The notes below the pieces were generated by a model. It saw nothing but the letters and a program-made list of their open reading frames with translations, was not told the origin of the DNA and ran no database searches. From NCBI GenBank assembly GCA_964606115.1, contig CAZSFH010000003.1:1-34652 (forward strand): DNA of 34,652 bases. Reading direction: 5' to 3'. The stretch comes from an uncultured Planctomycetia bacterium. GTDB taxonomy: Bacteria; Planctomycetota; MHYJ01; CAYXQY01. The translations under genes were made by a program, and so were the position numbers. Position 1 is the first letter of the stretch; the number at the start of each line of letters is the position of its first letter. Positions 1-9,929 of this stretch are shown one piece after another.

Positions 1-2
1 GG

Positions 3-1448
3 TCCGATCGATTCGCCCGCATCGCCTGGCGCCTGCACCCGCCTCATTCGGTGAATGACCTGTACAGTCGGGCCCGGTCCGAGGCCTTGAGCAACAGCAA
101 GCGCCGACGTGCGATGGTCGCGCTGGGATATATTTACACCGAACGTGCGGCGGAGGCGATGATCCGTCTGGCGGCGTCCGGTCCGGAGGATCTTCGATCG
201 CACGCACGGTGGTGGGTAAAGCACCGGAGCAACAACCGCTGGGATCCGTTCGATCCGCTTGAGACGCTAAAAGAACGGATACCGGGGAGGTTCCGCCGAA
301 GCTCGGTTGCAGATGTGGAACTCCCGGGTGAGCCGGCAGGAGAAACGAAAAAGATTAATCAACAGCATCCGGAGTCCCGTCTGTCCGTGCCGTTACGGGG
401 AGCCCGGAAGCTGTATCTCGTCGTGACAAAAGACGGAAACGGCCGAAAAAAGGATATCGCGAACTGGGTGAATCCGGTCCTGGTCCGGGAGAACGGAGAG
501 ACGGTGGATCTGACCACGAAAGAGTGGAAGACCGCTGAAGCCGGGTACAAAAAGGTCCAGAAAAACACAAATATTTATGGGGATCCCCTTCAACTCGGAA
601 AAACGTCGTACGAGCGCGGGTTCGGCACACACGCCCCATCCGTGATCGTCTTTGATATCTCGGGGGAACGTTACAAAGAGTTCCGTGCCCGGGTGGGCAT
701 TGACGGACGTGTTCGCAATGCGGATGAGGGCGCCTCGGTGAAATTTCACGTTTACCACGACGCGTGGCAGATAAGCAGGAAGGCCGACGTGCTTTTCGAT
801 GAATCCGCGGGGAAAGAGGCCCGAAAAAAAGCAGCACGCGAGCTCGCGACCCTTTCCTCGGGCGGATCCTACTTGCTTGATCTGGCCGAACAGGAGCGAA
901 TACCGGACCTCGTTCGGCCCATCGTGTCACGACGTATTTTCCAGAATCCGGACCGGCAGGTGCGGATCCGGGCGAGCGAGTATTTTTCGCAGAAAAAGAG
1001 TGATCTTCCTTCCATTCAAAAAATTGCAAACATGAAGGGTGATCCCGCGCAGGGGCGAAAACTGTTTTTCGGCCGCGGGGGCTGCATGACGTGTCATCGG
1101 ATTGGCGATCGCGGTGGCCGCGTCGGTCCCGATATGTCGAGCATCGGCTCAAAGTTTGGGCGGCAGGCCCTTCTCGATGCCATCATACATCCGGATGCCG
1201 GCATCGCATTCGGTTACCGTGCGGTGACGGTGAAGACGAAAGACGGAAATATACTGACCGGCCGGGTGGTCTCCACCGGAGACCCGGTGGTCCTGTTTGA
1301 TCTCGCCGGACGCCGCCATGAAATCCCAAAAAAGAACGTAAAAAATATAAACAAGCTTGATCGCTCGCTCATGCCCTCCGCCGAGGAAACCGGACTTTCC
1401 GCGCAGGACCTGGCTGATCTTGCATCGTTTCTTCAAAAACAGAAATGA
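3..1448 (+). CDS. PVC-type heme-binding (CxxCH) protein with NPCBM-like and HEAT-like regions; the 5' end runs off the window
   Basis: The frame is open from nt 3 with no stop, so the ORF-track start at 51 is an internal GTG. The C-terminal part has the c-type heme motif CMTCH followed by GPDMSSIGSKF...LLDAIIHPD, as in the planctomycete/verrucomicrobial putative heme-binding domain. The central block KLYLVVTKDG...GFGTHAPSVIVFDISG...FRARVGIDG...VKFHVYHD resembles NPCBM/NEW2 modules. Confidence 0.8.
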   Translation, partial: SDRFARIAWRLHPPHSVNDLYSRARSEALSNSKRRRAMVALGYIYTERAAEAMIRLAASGPEDLRSHARWWVKHRSNNRWDPFDPLETLKERIPGRFRRSSVADVELPGEPAGETKKINQQHPESRLSVPLRGARKLYLVVTKDGNGRKKDIANWVNPVLVRENGETVDLTTKEWKTAEAGYKKVQKNTNIYGDPLQLGKTSYERGFGTHAPSVIVFDISGERYKEFRARVGIDGRVRNADEGASVKFHVYHDAWQISRKADVLFDESAGKEARKKAARELATLSSGGSYLLDLAEQERIPDLVRPIVSRRIFQNPDRQVRIRASEYFSQKKSDLPSIQKIANMKGDPAQGRKLFFGRGGCMTCHRIGDRGGRVGPDMSSIGSKFGRQALLDAIIHPDAGIAFGYRAVTVKTKDGNILTGRVVSTGDPVVLFDLAGRRHEIPKKNVKNINKLDRSLMPSAEETGLSAQDLADLASFLQKQK

Positions 1449-1786
1449 GTATATTGCCCGAGGCTTATTGCCTCAGAGCTCGTTTTTCAGGAAGATCACC
1501 AAAAAAATATCAGCATCGTTGAACATGACATCGCGAGAAAACACCTCTTCCGTTCTTCGTTTCGAAGGAATGAACTACCATGAAGGTCTTCCTTTCCTCC
1601 AGGACACTACGTGCAGGCGAGTTCCAAATCATCAACGAATAAGCTCCAGAAGGAGGCTTCAGCGAAATGAAGGTCCTGAGGTTGCGTGTTTCTCGGGCAG
1701 TCATGTTAACTAATCATTCAATCACCGGATGGGCCTTCCGTCTGAACTCGCACGTGTAAATATTCACACCCGCTTTGGGCAGTGTT

Positions 1787-2632
1787 ATGGAATCGGATTC
1801 AACACCGGAAGCAACACAGAATCCATCATCTTCCACAACGACCGGTTCGTCAGGGTATTTCTTGATACGCTGGGCGGACCGCTTCGGACATGCTATCCTG
1901 AATGGCTGCTGGAGGATGTATCAGTACCTGCAACATTTTGCGCTGACGGTTCGTGGGTTGAGAGGACTCAAACCCGGACAGGTGGTCAAGGAATCGATCG
2001 CCACCGGTCTGGAAGCGGTGCCGATTCTCCTGCTGATTGGATTTCTGATGGGCCTGATCATGACCATGCGGACGGTCGCAAAGCTGGAAGAATTTGGAGC
2101 GGCCCTCTATGTGGCAGATCTGGTAGCTTCGACCATGGTCCGCGCGATCGGTCCCCTTCTGACCGGCATTCTTATAGCGGGGCGCAGTTCGTCGGCATTT
2201 GCCGCCGAGGTCGGAACACGGAAAATCAACGATGAAATATCAGCTCTTGAAACCATGGGACTCGACAAGTATCAGTATCTTTTCTCACCAAAACTGATCG
2301 CCACAATGCTGGTGATGCCGTTTCTTACGCTCCTCACAAGCACACTGGGCATTGTCGGCGGGTTCTCATTCAGTGTGGTCGGAGACTTCATGTCCCCCCG
2401 CGCATATCTTCATCAGACCTTTACGTCGCTCAAATATTATGACATCATAAGCGGTTGTTCCAAAAGCATCATTTACGGAGCTATTATTGCCATAGTTGGG
2501 TGCGTCAAAGGAAGCGAGGTGGAGCGAGGTGCTCCGCAGATCGGAAGCGCCGCAAGGAGTTCGGTGGTTCTTTCGATCATATTGATTATCATCGCCGATG
2601 CAATTTTCACGGGCGTCCTTCAGTGGTTTTAA
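1787..2632 (+). CDS. mlaE: MlaE-family ABC transporter permease
   Basis: The sequence LIGFLMGLIMTMRTV...GAALYVADLVASTMVRAIGPLLTGILIAGRSSSAFAAEVGTRKINDEISALETMG is typical of MlaE/Ttg2B permeases. The first ATG is at 1787; the track start at 1775 is a TTG. Confidence 0.9.
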   Translation: MESDSTPEATQNPSSSTTTGSSGYFLIRWADRFGHAILNGCWRMYQYLQHFALTVRGLRGLKPGQVVKESIATGLEAVPILLLIGFLMGLIMTMRTVAKLEEFGAALYVADLVASTMVRAIGPLLTGILIAGRSSSAFAAEVGTRKINDEISALETMGLDKYQYLFSPKLIATMLVMPFLTLLTSTLGIVGGFSFSVVGDFMSPRAYLHQTFTSLKYYDIISGCSKSIIYGAIIAIVGCVKGSEVERGAPQIGSAARSSVVLSIILIIIADAIFTGVLQWF

Positions 2633-2659
2633 TTTATTGCTCTACTTGATGGAAGCGTT

Positions 2660-3457
2660 ATGAGTGATGATCTCATGAACAACCCGGTCATTGAGGCGGA
2701 AGGCCTTGAAATTATTTTTTCGGGAACCGACTGGCCGATTCTATCAAAAGTAAATTTCGTCGTCCCGGAACGATCCATAACCATCGTAGCCGGACCGTCG
2801 GGAAGTGGAAAGAGCACGTTGATGAACGTTGCCATCGGAATGCTGAGACCGGCCGCCGGCACCATGCGAGTCTTCGATGAGGTCGTCCACGATATCTCGG
2901 ATGAAAAACTCAGCGAGCTTCGTCAACGGATGGGTGTGCTCTATCAGAGCGGAGCTCTGTTTCAAAATATGACTCTTATCGAAAACGTCATGTTCCCGCT
3001 GGTTGAACGCAGTCAGTGTACGAAACCGGAGGCCCGAAGGCGAGCGAAAAAAGTGCTGGCCGAAGTGCAGATTTCCTCCGACGCATATGACCTTACGCCG
3101 GACCGGCTGAGTGGAGGCCAAAAAAAACGAGGAGGACTCGCCCGTGCACTGGTAACCAACCCGGACCTGCTTCTCTGTGACGAACCATCCTCCGGTCTCG
3201 ACCCCGTTACCGGCATGAAGATTGATAAGCTTTTTCTGGACCTGCACAAAAAAAACCCGGATCAAACGGTGGTTATCCTCTCTCATGACCTGCACAGTAT
3301 TCGAAAAATCGCGGACTACATTGTCTTCGTACACGATCACCGGGAACATCCAGCCTATAAGAGTGTTCGAGTCCACGGACCGGCGGAGGAAGTGCTCAAC
3401 GACCCGGATCCGGTGGTGCAGGAATTTTTTCGACGCCAGGAACAATCGTCGGGGTGA
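2660..3457 (+). CDS. mlaF: MlaF-like ABC transporter ATP-binding protein
   Basis: It has Walker A GPSGSGKST, the ABC signature LSGGQKKRGGLARAL, Walker B LLLCDEPSSGLD and an H-loop LSHD. It lies directly after the permease. Confidence 0.95.
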   Translation: MSDDLMNNPVIEAEGLEIIFSGTDWPILSKVNFVVPERSITIVAGPSGSGKSTLMNVAIGMLRPAAGTMRVFDEVVHDISDEKLSELRQRMGVLYQSGALFQNMTLIENVMFPLVERSQCTKPEARRRAKKVLAEVQISSDAYDLTPDRLSGGQKKRGGLARALVTNPDLLLCDEPSSGLDPVTGMKIDKLFLDLHKKNPDQTVVILSHDLHSIRKIADYIVFVHDHREHPAYKSVRVHGPAEEVLNDPDPVVQEFFRRQEQSSG

Positions 3458-3513
3458 AACAGCCCATTCGTTCAGAAACCAGAAACTGCCACCTGAATTC
3501 ATAAGTAGCCGCT

Positions 3514-4707
3514 ATGCAAACGGACGCCAGCCGAAATGAAGTCATCTCCGTCGCCGTCTTTTTTATCACCATGATCCTTCTTACAATCGCTACACTGTAC
3601 TTGACAGGAGGACTGGAAGATGTGTTCTCTCCAAAAGAAAATATTCACGTGGTCTTCAATGAATCCGTCACGGGACTCAATCAAGGCTCGCCGGTTTCCA
3701 TCTCCGGCGTTGACGTGGGACGTGTGGTCTCCACCAAACCGATGACCGATCCCGAGGCACGAAATCTTGTCAGAAAGGCGAAGGTGATCCAGCACCGGCC
3801 CATACGAGGGGAAACCGGACGCCAGGGGACCATTGTGTCCGGTCGTTCGTTTCTTCAGCAAAATGATCCCCTTGTGCTGGCAACAGTGAAGGTAACCCGG
3901 AACTCCGTTCCCCTGAACAAAAAAACCCGAGTTTCTCTCATAACCACCAACTTTACCGCGTCTCAGGCCGTTCGATTCTCGGCCGGTTCCGCCGAGACCC
4001 TTGAAGAACTACGTGATACTCCGGTCGTTGTGGATGCCGATCAATCGCCGCTGTCCACGCTCCGATCCCGGTTCCTCGATAATAACCGTGGAGCTCTCCG
4101 GAAAAAAAATATTAAACGCATTAATGAACTCCTGAAAAACCTGAATACCGTCAGCCAGCAGCTCGCTGAAATTACAGGGACCAAAAACCAGAAAAATTTA
4201 AAAACCCTGATCAAGAATCACCGAAAGGTGGCGTCCACACTTGATCGCTGGCTAAACGGCCGGTCGTATTGTGGAGATTCGGAGTCGGTCCAGGTCAAAC
4301 GCATAAAAAAAGAAGATCGTGTTCGCTACCGATACAGCTGCCCGAGTTCCGGAAAAGAGTGGATCAAAAATCATCCGCCGAAACCGGGACGGCTTCAGGG
4401 AACCGTACAGAAACTGGATCAGCTGCTGGTTCGACTGAACAATCTGGTCGGCCCGGAAGGAAGCAAAAAAACCAATATCACGGGACTGGTGCACGAGGTG
4501 AATGAACTATCAGCCCAGCTGAAAGGAACGGCAACCACCCTCGAGTCGTTCGTGGAGGAAAACCGTTCACGGGTCGGCCGGTTAATCCGAGACGTCAATC
4601 ACCTTTCAAAGGACATCAGCCGCGTGGCGTCTCAGATTGACCGTGAACCCTCCAGTGCTGTCTATGGTCGTCGGGGTTCCGAAATCAGCGATCCATACGG
4701 AAAATAA
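3514..4707 (+). CDS. MCE/MlaD-family protein 1 (N-terminal TM anchor, MCE domain, long helical C-terminal region)
   Basis: The TM segment is VISVAVFFITMILLTIATLYL. The MCE core is HVVFNESVTGLNQGSPVSISGVDVGRVVS, with a roughly 45-aa insertion before LVLATVKV. The C-terminal half is Leu/Lys/Asn-rich and helix-like. Confidence 0.85.
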   Translation: MQTDASRNEVISVAVFFITMILLTIATLYLTGGLEDVFSPKENIHVVFNESVTGLNQGSPVSISGVDVGRVVSTKPMTDPEARNLVRKAKVIQHRPIRGETGRQGTIVSGRSFLQQNDPLVLATVKVTRNSVPLNKKTRVSLITTNFTASQAVRFSAGSAETLEELRDTPVVVDADQSPLSTLRSRFLDNNRGALRKKNIKRINELLKNLNTVSQQLAEITGTKNQKNLKTLIKNHRKVASTLDRWLNGRSYCGDSESVQVKRIKKEDRVRYRYSCPSSGKEWIKNHPPKPGRLQGTVQKLDQLLVRLNNLVGPEGSKKTNITGLVHEVNELSAQLKGTATTLESFVEENRSRVGRLIRDVNHLSKDISRVASQIDREPSSAVYGRRGSEISDPYGK

Positions 4708-4711
4708 ATTT

Positions 4712-5704
4712 ATGAAACTGACACTTCAAAGACTGACCGGCTTCATTGCAATCGCGGGGGGGCTGCTCCTGATCGGTATGTGCTCGATGAATACCTATCA
4801 AGCCTTCTACGGAGGCAATGAATACCGGGTCGTTATGCCGCGCGGTGCCGCGGGCGTAACCCCGGGCGCCCCTGTCAAGTATCGAGGGGTGGATGTCGGT
4901 GTGGTCCGGACCGTCCGGCCCCTGCTGAGCGAATCCGATCGTGTTCAGCGAGAAGCATGGCGCACGTATCACACCAAAAAAAAACGATTGAGAAAAATAT
5001 CCCAGAACAGGGAGCATTCGGGAATTCCCGAGACCAAAAATCGAACGGACCCGAAAGCCGGAATGGCCATTGCTCGTATTTTACTGAGGCAACCCTCCCT
5101 GCCGGTACATAAAAACACATTTGCCGGAGGGTCAGCGTATTACATGACCGGCCAGGGATACATCACGATCCGAAATCCCCGTCATGTCTCCACGTCTCAC
5201 GGCCGAGAACTCTACCTCCCTTCCTTCATCCGACAATTCTGGCAGGAGCGTTATCTGGACCTCATGCTGGGCTTCGAGCCGGTGTTTCACGAAGCAGCAC
5301 GGTTTCAAACAAAGCTGGATAGGTGGTATTTTGGAGACTCCCGGACAGATTCGAAATCCGGGCGTGACCAACTACGCGATCTTTCATCGTCTCTGATCGA
5401 ACAGCGAGAGACGTCTGAATCCTTGAAGCACGTTGTGCAAAACACCGGAACGGCAATGACGTCAGCGGATCATTCCCTGACCCAGCTCAACCAAAAACTG
5501 GACCAGATACTTCATGCGCTCAGCTCCGGGAGAAAATCGACCGGAAGCTCAACTGGCCAGCAGTTCCAAAGCAACCGCTCAACACGATCCCTGAGTAACA
5601 CTCTCCACACCCTGGATCATCTATTGCAGAATAGCAGGATGAAGGTAAATGAATTTGAATACCGGACCTTGCAGAAAGGACTCATAGAGAATGTACAGAA
5701 TTGA
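4712..5704 (+). CDS. MCE/MlaD-family protein 2
   Basis: The ATG at 4712 lies 4 nt after the stop of the preceding gene; the track start at 4637 overlaps that gene. The TM segment is LTGFIAIAGGLLLIGMC. The MCE core is YRVVMPRGAAGVTPGAPVKYRGVDVGVVRTVRP, followed by a basic insertion and a helical tail. Confidence 0.8.
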   Translation: MKLTLQRLTGFIAIAGGLLLIGMCSMNTYQAFYGGNEYRVVMPRGAAGVTPGAPVKYRGVDVGVVRTVRPLLSESDRVQREAWRTYHTKKKRLRKISQNREHSGIPETKNRTDPKAGMAIARILLRQPSLPVHKNTFAGGSAYYMTGQGYITIRNPRHVSTSHGRELYLPSFIRQFWQERYLDLMLGFEPVFHEAARFQTKLDRWYFGDSRTDSKSGRDQLRDLSSSLIEQRETSESLKHVVQNTGTAMTSADHSLTQLNQKLDQILHALSSGRKSTGSSTGQQFQSNRSTRSLSNTLHTLDHLLQNSRMKVNEFEYRTLQKGLIENVQN

Positions 5705-6443
5705 CGGTTTCAAAAAAGCGATCGCGATCCTGTCCTCCGGACTGTCGCTGCTCCTGATAACGAGTTGCACTCTCGGGGGGCCTTCGAAGCCACTTCACTA
5801 TTACAGCCTGGACAACGGTGCAAGTTCTTCGGAAGAACATACAATAACCAACTCGAACGACGACGCGGGCATACTTGTCAGGCCGTTTCAGGCTCCGGAA
5901 ATTTATCGGGACCCCTCTATCGTCTGGCGGAATCAACGCCATCTTCAGCGATTTCGATTCAATCGGTGGTCGAGTGCCCCTCCGGCTCTCATGCAGTCCT
6001 TTGTAACCGACCTTCTCCGGAGCAACGCAGAGGACCCGATCGGATGGATTTCCACCCCCGGTCCTTCAAAACCCGATGCCCGTTACAGCCTGAACGGAAC
6101 GGTCCGGGACCTCTACCTGGAAAAATCAAATGACGGACGGACATGGAAAGCCGTCGTAAATGTTCGACTGCGGCTGTTCTCGTCCAGGCCTCCTGACGCC
6201 GAAACAACCTCTTCGCTCACGAACACCGACCGTCGAAAATTCCTCGGTTCATGGACTCTTCACGCTACGGCAACCGCGAATGCTCCTCCCGGTGAAGCCG
6301 AAACCCCGGAAGCCATGAATCGACTGCTGGACCTCCTGTCCGAGAACCTGCGAAAGAACGGTCAGGACCTGGTGAATTCAATTCGAAATACGATTCAAGA
6401 CGACCTGAAACAGCAGAAGCAACGGAACGCAACGTCCGATTAG
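5691..6443 (+). CDS. ABC-type transport auxiliary lipoprotein (PqiC/YmbA-like, DUF330-like)
   Basis: The signal peptide carries the lipobox LLITSC. The LHYYSLD motif just after the Cys is typical of this family. The start overlaps MCE protein 2 by 14 nt. Confidence 0.7.
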   Translation: MYRIDGFKKAIAILSSGLSLLLITSCTLGGPSKPLHYYSLDNGASSSEEHTITNSNDDAGILVRPFQAPEIYRDPSIVWRNQRHLQRFRFNRWSSAPPALMQSFVTDLLRSNAEDPIGWISTPGPSKPDARYSLNGTVRDLYLEKSNDGRTWKAVVNVRLRLFSSRPPDAETTSSLTNTDRRKFLGSWTLHATATANAPPGEAETPEAMNRLLDLLSENLRKNGQDLVNSIRNTIQDDLKQQKQRNATSD

Positions 6444-6566
6444 GAAACTGCTAAACATTCCTCGTGGGCCCATCGCCGGAGATGGTTGATCCCCTCCCAT
6501 TCATTTCGTGCGAAATCCGACTGGACCAGATCATTCTTTAAAACGACGAAAATTGCCCCGATCCCA

Positions 6567-6983
6567 TCATTCTGATTCCGGCTTATGGACTTCAACCGGC
6601 ATACCGGCATCTTCCAGGCGATCCCGGACTTCATTGACCTTTGATAACGTTCGCTTCCAGACCGTTTCTTCAACCTGTTCGGGGATCTTCCCCTCCGCCT
6701 GAAGGTAAGCATCCTTGCACTCGTGACAGCTGAATACTTCGCTCGAGTATAGCATCACGGATTCTCGATCATTGACGGCCTGGTAAATGACGGCATAACA
6801 GAGTTCGTCATGCTCTTTTCGCTTATGAATTTCAATTTTTACGTATTCTGTCCGGGAGGATTCGGGTCCATTTAATACCCGGTTCAAAAACGTGTCGACC
6901 TCGACCGGTACCAGCTGATGCCAGAGGCGGGTCGTGTCCTCTAATATTTTTCCGAAAAACGATTTTTCTTGAGTATCACTCAT
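6567..6983 (-). CDS. hypothetical protein (138 aa)
   Basis: The ORF has composition like its neighbours (acidic), and I recognise no motif. It lies 177 nt downstream of spoVR on the same strand. Confidence 0.55.
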   Translation of the reverse strand: MSDTQEKSFFGKILEDTTRLWHQLVPVEVDTFLNRVLNGPESSRTEYVKIEIHKRKEHDELCYAVIYQAVNDRESVMLYSSEVFSCHECKDAYLQAEGKIPEQVEETVWKRTLSKVNEVRDRLEDAGMPVEVHKPESE

Positions 6984-7160
6984 GATCTCACCCAGTAGAA
7001 CCCGGAGGAACCTTAACTGATCAAAGAAAAATCTTTGTCTGAAAACTTCCCTTACATCTTTATTTTATGATCCAGATAACGTTTTGTAAAGGATTCTCCC
7101 GGCTAACATGCTTCCTTACCTGTGATATCGATATGATGGTCCCGAGAAAAAATACACCTT

Positions 7161-8681
7161 TCAGATGACGTGACTTTCTTCCTTTACAAGGTCACGATCC
7201 TTGTGATTTTCACCGTCGAAGGAAAGCTGTGTTCGATCCCCATCGAAGACGGTCTCAAGGTGGACTGGTCGGGTCCAGATCTGATACAGGTTTTCGAGCA
7301 CACGCCGTGCCTCGCCGAGGTCGAGGGAAATTCCCTGTTGAGCTTCGTGAAGCAGTAATAGCTCCTTCCGGTTCTGGTAATTTCCATCGACCACTTTGAT
7401 AATCGGTTCGCCACGGTTCGTAAGTTGGAACAGAAGCTTTTCTTTAATGGCCTCAAATTCCCGACTTTCGATCTCGTGACGGTTCGTTTTTTGATTGTAA
7501 TCGTATGTAAACAGATTAAACTTTTCGCAGAACGTTTCCGTCAGAAATTCATCGATAAACGTGAGGTCGTTGTAGATCTTGCGAACCTCAAAAATCTTTT
7601 CCCGGCCCTTTCCGAGTCCCGTGTCCCAGTTCTCTTTTTTCTCCCGATCATGACAAAGCTGGTACTCTCGCCCGAAACGACCTTTATCCCAGCGTTCCTC
7701 AATGTGCCGAAACAGCTCCAGACCCAGCTTGTAGGGATTGAGTTGCTGAGGACTTGTTGCGGTCGTGGACGAGTGCCGATCGGCGTAATCGATGATTTCA
7801 CCGTCCTCAGCAATGTGCTCCGTCATGAGCGTTGAATGCCAGTACGAAGCCCATCCCTCGTTCATAATTTTTGTCATTCGCTGGGGCGCAAAATAATACG
7901 CTTCGTCCCAGATAATGGAAAGGATGTCCCGCTGCCAGGTCTCAAGCGGCGCATACTGCATCAAAAAAAGAAGTACGTCCTTCTCCGGCTCCTCCGGTAC
8001 CTGTTCCTGCTGACGAATTTCCTCGCCGTCCTGCTGAGAGGGATCCCCTGCTTCAGGAGGATTCAGAAACGAATCGAGGTACGATTTTCCTTCAATATGA
8101 TATTCGTCCGGCTCCTCTCTCTCTTCCTCTTGGTCCTCCTCACCCTCATCCCGTTCCTGAATCAATCCGCGCCGTTTCTGAAACAATTTTTGATGGTCGA
8201 TCAGGTTATTCAATGAGAGACATGCGTCCAGAAACTTTTCAACCGTTTCACGCCCCTGTCGATCGGCATGACGTTCAATCCGGTCCGCGTGATTGGACAT
8301 TTCGTTCATCATGTTCCGGGAGGTGCCCCGAAACCACATATTGTTTTTGAAAAAATCGGAGTGCCCGTAGACGTGGGCGATCACCATTTTTTGTTCGGTC
8401 AGCGAATTGGTATTCAGCAGGTAGGCGTAGCACGGATCGTTATTAATGACCAGCTCGAAAATTTTTCCCAGCCCGTAGACGTGGGATTTCTTCAGGCGTT
8501 CAAATTCCATTCCGAAACGCCAGTGCGGATAGCGCCGGGGAAACCCTTCGTACGCGGCCGCCTGGTTGATCTCATTGTAATCAGCGACCTCAAACACGGT
8601 TTTGAACGGGTCAAGCCCCTCCTCCACCGCCATGGCATGAATCTTTTTCTGCCACGTTCGTATTTCCTCTTTATCGACCAT
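7161..8681 (-). CDS. spoVR: SpoVR/YcgB family protein
   Basis: The N-terminal block FPRRYPHWRFGMEFERLKKSHVYGLGKIFELVINNDPCYAYLL...VIAHVYGHSDFFKNN is characteristic of SpoVR. It is the third member of the prkA-yeaH-spoVR triad. Confidence 0.93.
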   Translation of the reverse strand: MVDKEEIRTWQKKIHAMAVEEGLDPFKTVFEVADYNEINQAAAYEGFPRRYPHWRFGMEFERLKKSHVYGLGKIFELVINNDPCYAYLLNTNSLTEQKMVIAHVYGHSDFFKNNMWFRGTSRNMMNEMSNHADRIERHADRQGRETVEKFLDACLSLNNLIDHQKLFQKRRGLIQERDEGEEDQEEEREEPDEYHIEGKSYLDSFLNPPEAGDPSQQDGEEIRQQEQVPEEPEKDVLLFLMQYAPLETWQRDILSIIWDEAYYFAPQRMTKIMNEGWASYWHSTLMTEHIAEDGEIIDYADRHSSTTATSPQQLNPYKLGLELFRHIEERWDKGRFGREYQLCHDREKKENWDTGLGKGREKIFEVRKIYNDLTFIDEFLTETFCEKFNLFTYDYNQKTNRHEIESREFEAIKEKLLFQLTNRGEPIIKVVDGNYQNRKELLLLHEAQQGISLDLGEARRVLENLYQIWTRPVHLETVFDGDRTQLSFDGENHKDRDLVKEESHVI

Positions 8682-8694
8682 CGTGTCAGATCGG

Positions 8695-9813
8695 TTAATT
8701 TCCCTGTCCGAGAAACGCTTTTATGGATTCATAGATATCCGATCGATCCTGCATTTCAGTGGTGATCAGACGTTCCTCATCTCCCATCTCATCGTCCAGA
8801 TCACGTTTAAACTGTCCGCTGCCGTATGCACTTCGTACCTGTCCGTACGAGAATTGATTGCTCACCGGAAGCAAATCATTTCGGAGCAACTCCATGCACT
8901 CCTGGGTGTCCTCGCTGCCCCAGTTGTCACCGTCGGAAAAGTGGAACGGATAAATATTCCATTCGATCGGGTCATAATCCCGCTGAATCAGGTCACGGCA
9001 CAGAGTGTACGCTGAAGAAATCTTTGTACCCCCGCTTTCTTTGACGTGGAAAAACGTGTGACGGTCCACCTCCTCGGCCACGGCATCATGAATAATATAG
9101 CGAATATCAAGTTTCTTGTACTGGGATCGAAGCCAGACGTCGATCCAGAACGCTTCATTCCTGACAATCTCTTTTTGTTCATCGCCCATCGAGCCGGACA
9201 CGTCCATCATATACACGATCAGCGCGTTGGTTTGTGGGACCCGTTCTTTTTTCCAGCTCCGGTACCGCATGTCGTCGCGGGTTGGAAGGACAACGGGATT
9301 GTCTTCCGCGTCCGGATCGTACTCCCCGGAAGCAATCATCCGTTTTAACGCCTCTTTGTATGATCGCTTGAAGTGATGGAGGGATCGCGGGCCCGTGGAT
9401 GAAATGGTCGTATATCGGGTCCGTTCGGATTCAACCTGTTTCTGTCCTTTCGGTTCGATATCGGGAAGCTCCAGTTCCTCCCCCATAATCTCCGCCAGTT
9501 CACTGAGGGAAACGTCTACTTCTATGGCATGATCACCGGGCTGCTCCCCCGCCTCACCGGCCTCCTGGCCTTCCCCTTCCTCGACGTCCACCGGGTCTCC
9601 TTCTTCTCCTTCGCCCTGCCCGACTCCCCCCCCATCCTGGTCCCCGTACTTGAACCGGGGGATGTTAATGTTCGGAATGGGAACACTGACCTTTTCGTCC
9701 CCCTGCTTTCCGACGAATTCTCCCTTTTCGATGTAGTCCTCGAGATCCTCCCGGATGTTTCCCTTGATAATGTCGCGAAACCGACGGTGATCGCGTTCAA
9801 TTCGATGGACCAT
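8695..9813 (-). CDS. yeaH: YeaH/YhbH family protein (DUF444)
   Basis: The N-terminal part is [18 protein letters not shown], followed by an acidic Gly/Glu linker. The C-terminal region is vWA-like ([14 protein letters not shown]). It sits between prkA and spoVR. Confidence 0.9.
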   Translation of the reverse strand: MVHRIERDHRRFRDIIKGNIREDLEDYIEKGEFVGKQGDEKVSVPIPNINIPRFKYGDQDGGGVGQGEGEEGDPVDVEEGEGQEAGEAGEQPGDHAIEVDVSLSELAEIMGEELELPDIEPKGQKQVESERTRYTTISSTGPRSLHHFKRSYKEALKRMIASGEYDPDAEDNPVVLPTRDDMRYRSWKKERVPQTNALIVYMMDVSGSMGDEQKEIVRNEAFWIDVWLRSQYKKLDIRYIIHDAVAEEVDRHTFFHVKESGGTKISSAYTLCRDLIQRDYDPIEWNIYPFHFSDGDNWGSEDTQECMELLRNDLLPVSNQFSYGQVRSAYGSGQFKRDLDDEMGDEERLITTEMQDRSDIYESIKAFLGQGN

Positions 9814-9929
9814 TCGAGGGTCGTAGGGTTTTTATGCAAAAATCATTCGAACCGGCAATCTCCACCTGGAAAACATGCGGGCGAGGAACCCACGTCTCCC
9901 CGACTTATCATCCTTAAATGCGATTCCTC

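Noticed and set aside
1460-1487. The GAGGC-ttatt-GCCTC hairpin followed by cgttttt after the cytochrome gene as a rho-independent terminator.
   Set aside because: The stem is only 5 bp and 8 nt separate it from the T-run. It is too weak to call as a feature.
355-3502. Long antisense ORFs opposite real genes. Within this range: 355-1152 (265 aa) and 2744-3502 (252 aa). Elsewhere in the window: 12872-13462, 17264-17860, 21034-21648, 24854-25552 and 26675-27265.
   Set aside because: The explanation is the same codon-bias effect. Each lies fully inside a confidently identified gene on the other strand, and each translates to Arg/Pro/Ser-rich sequence with no recognisable domain.
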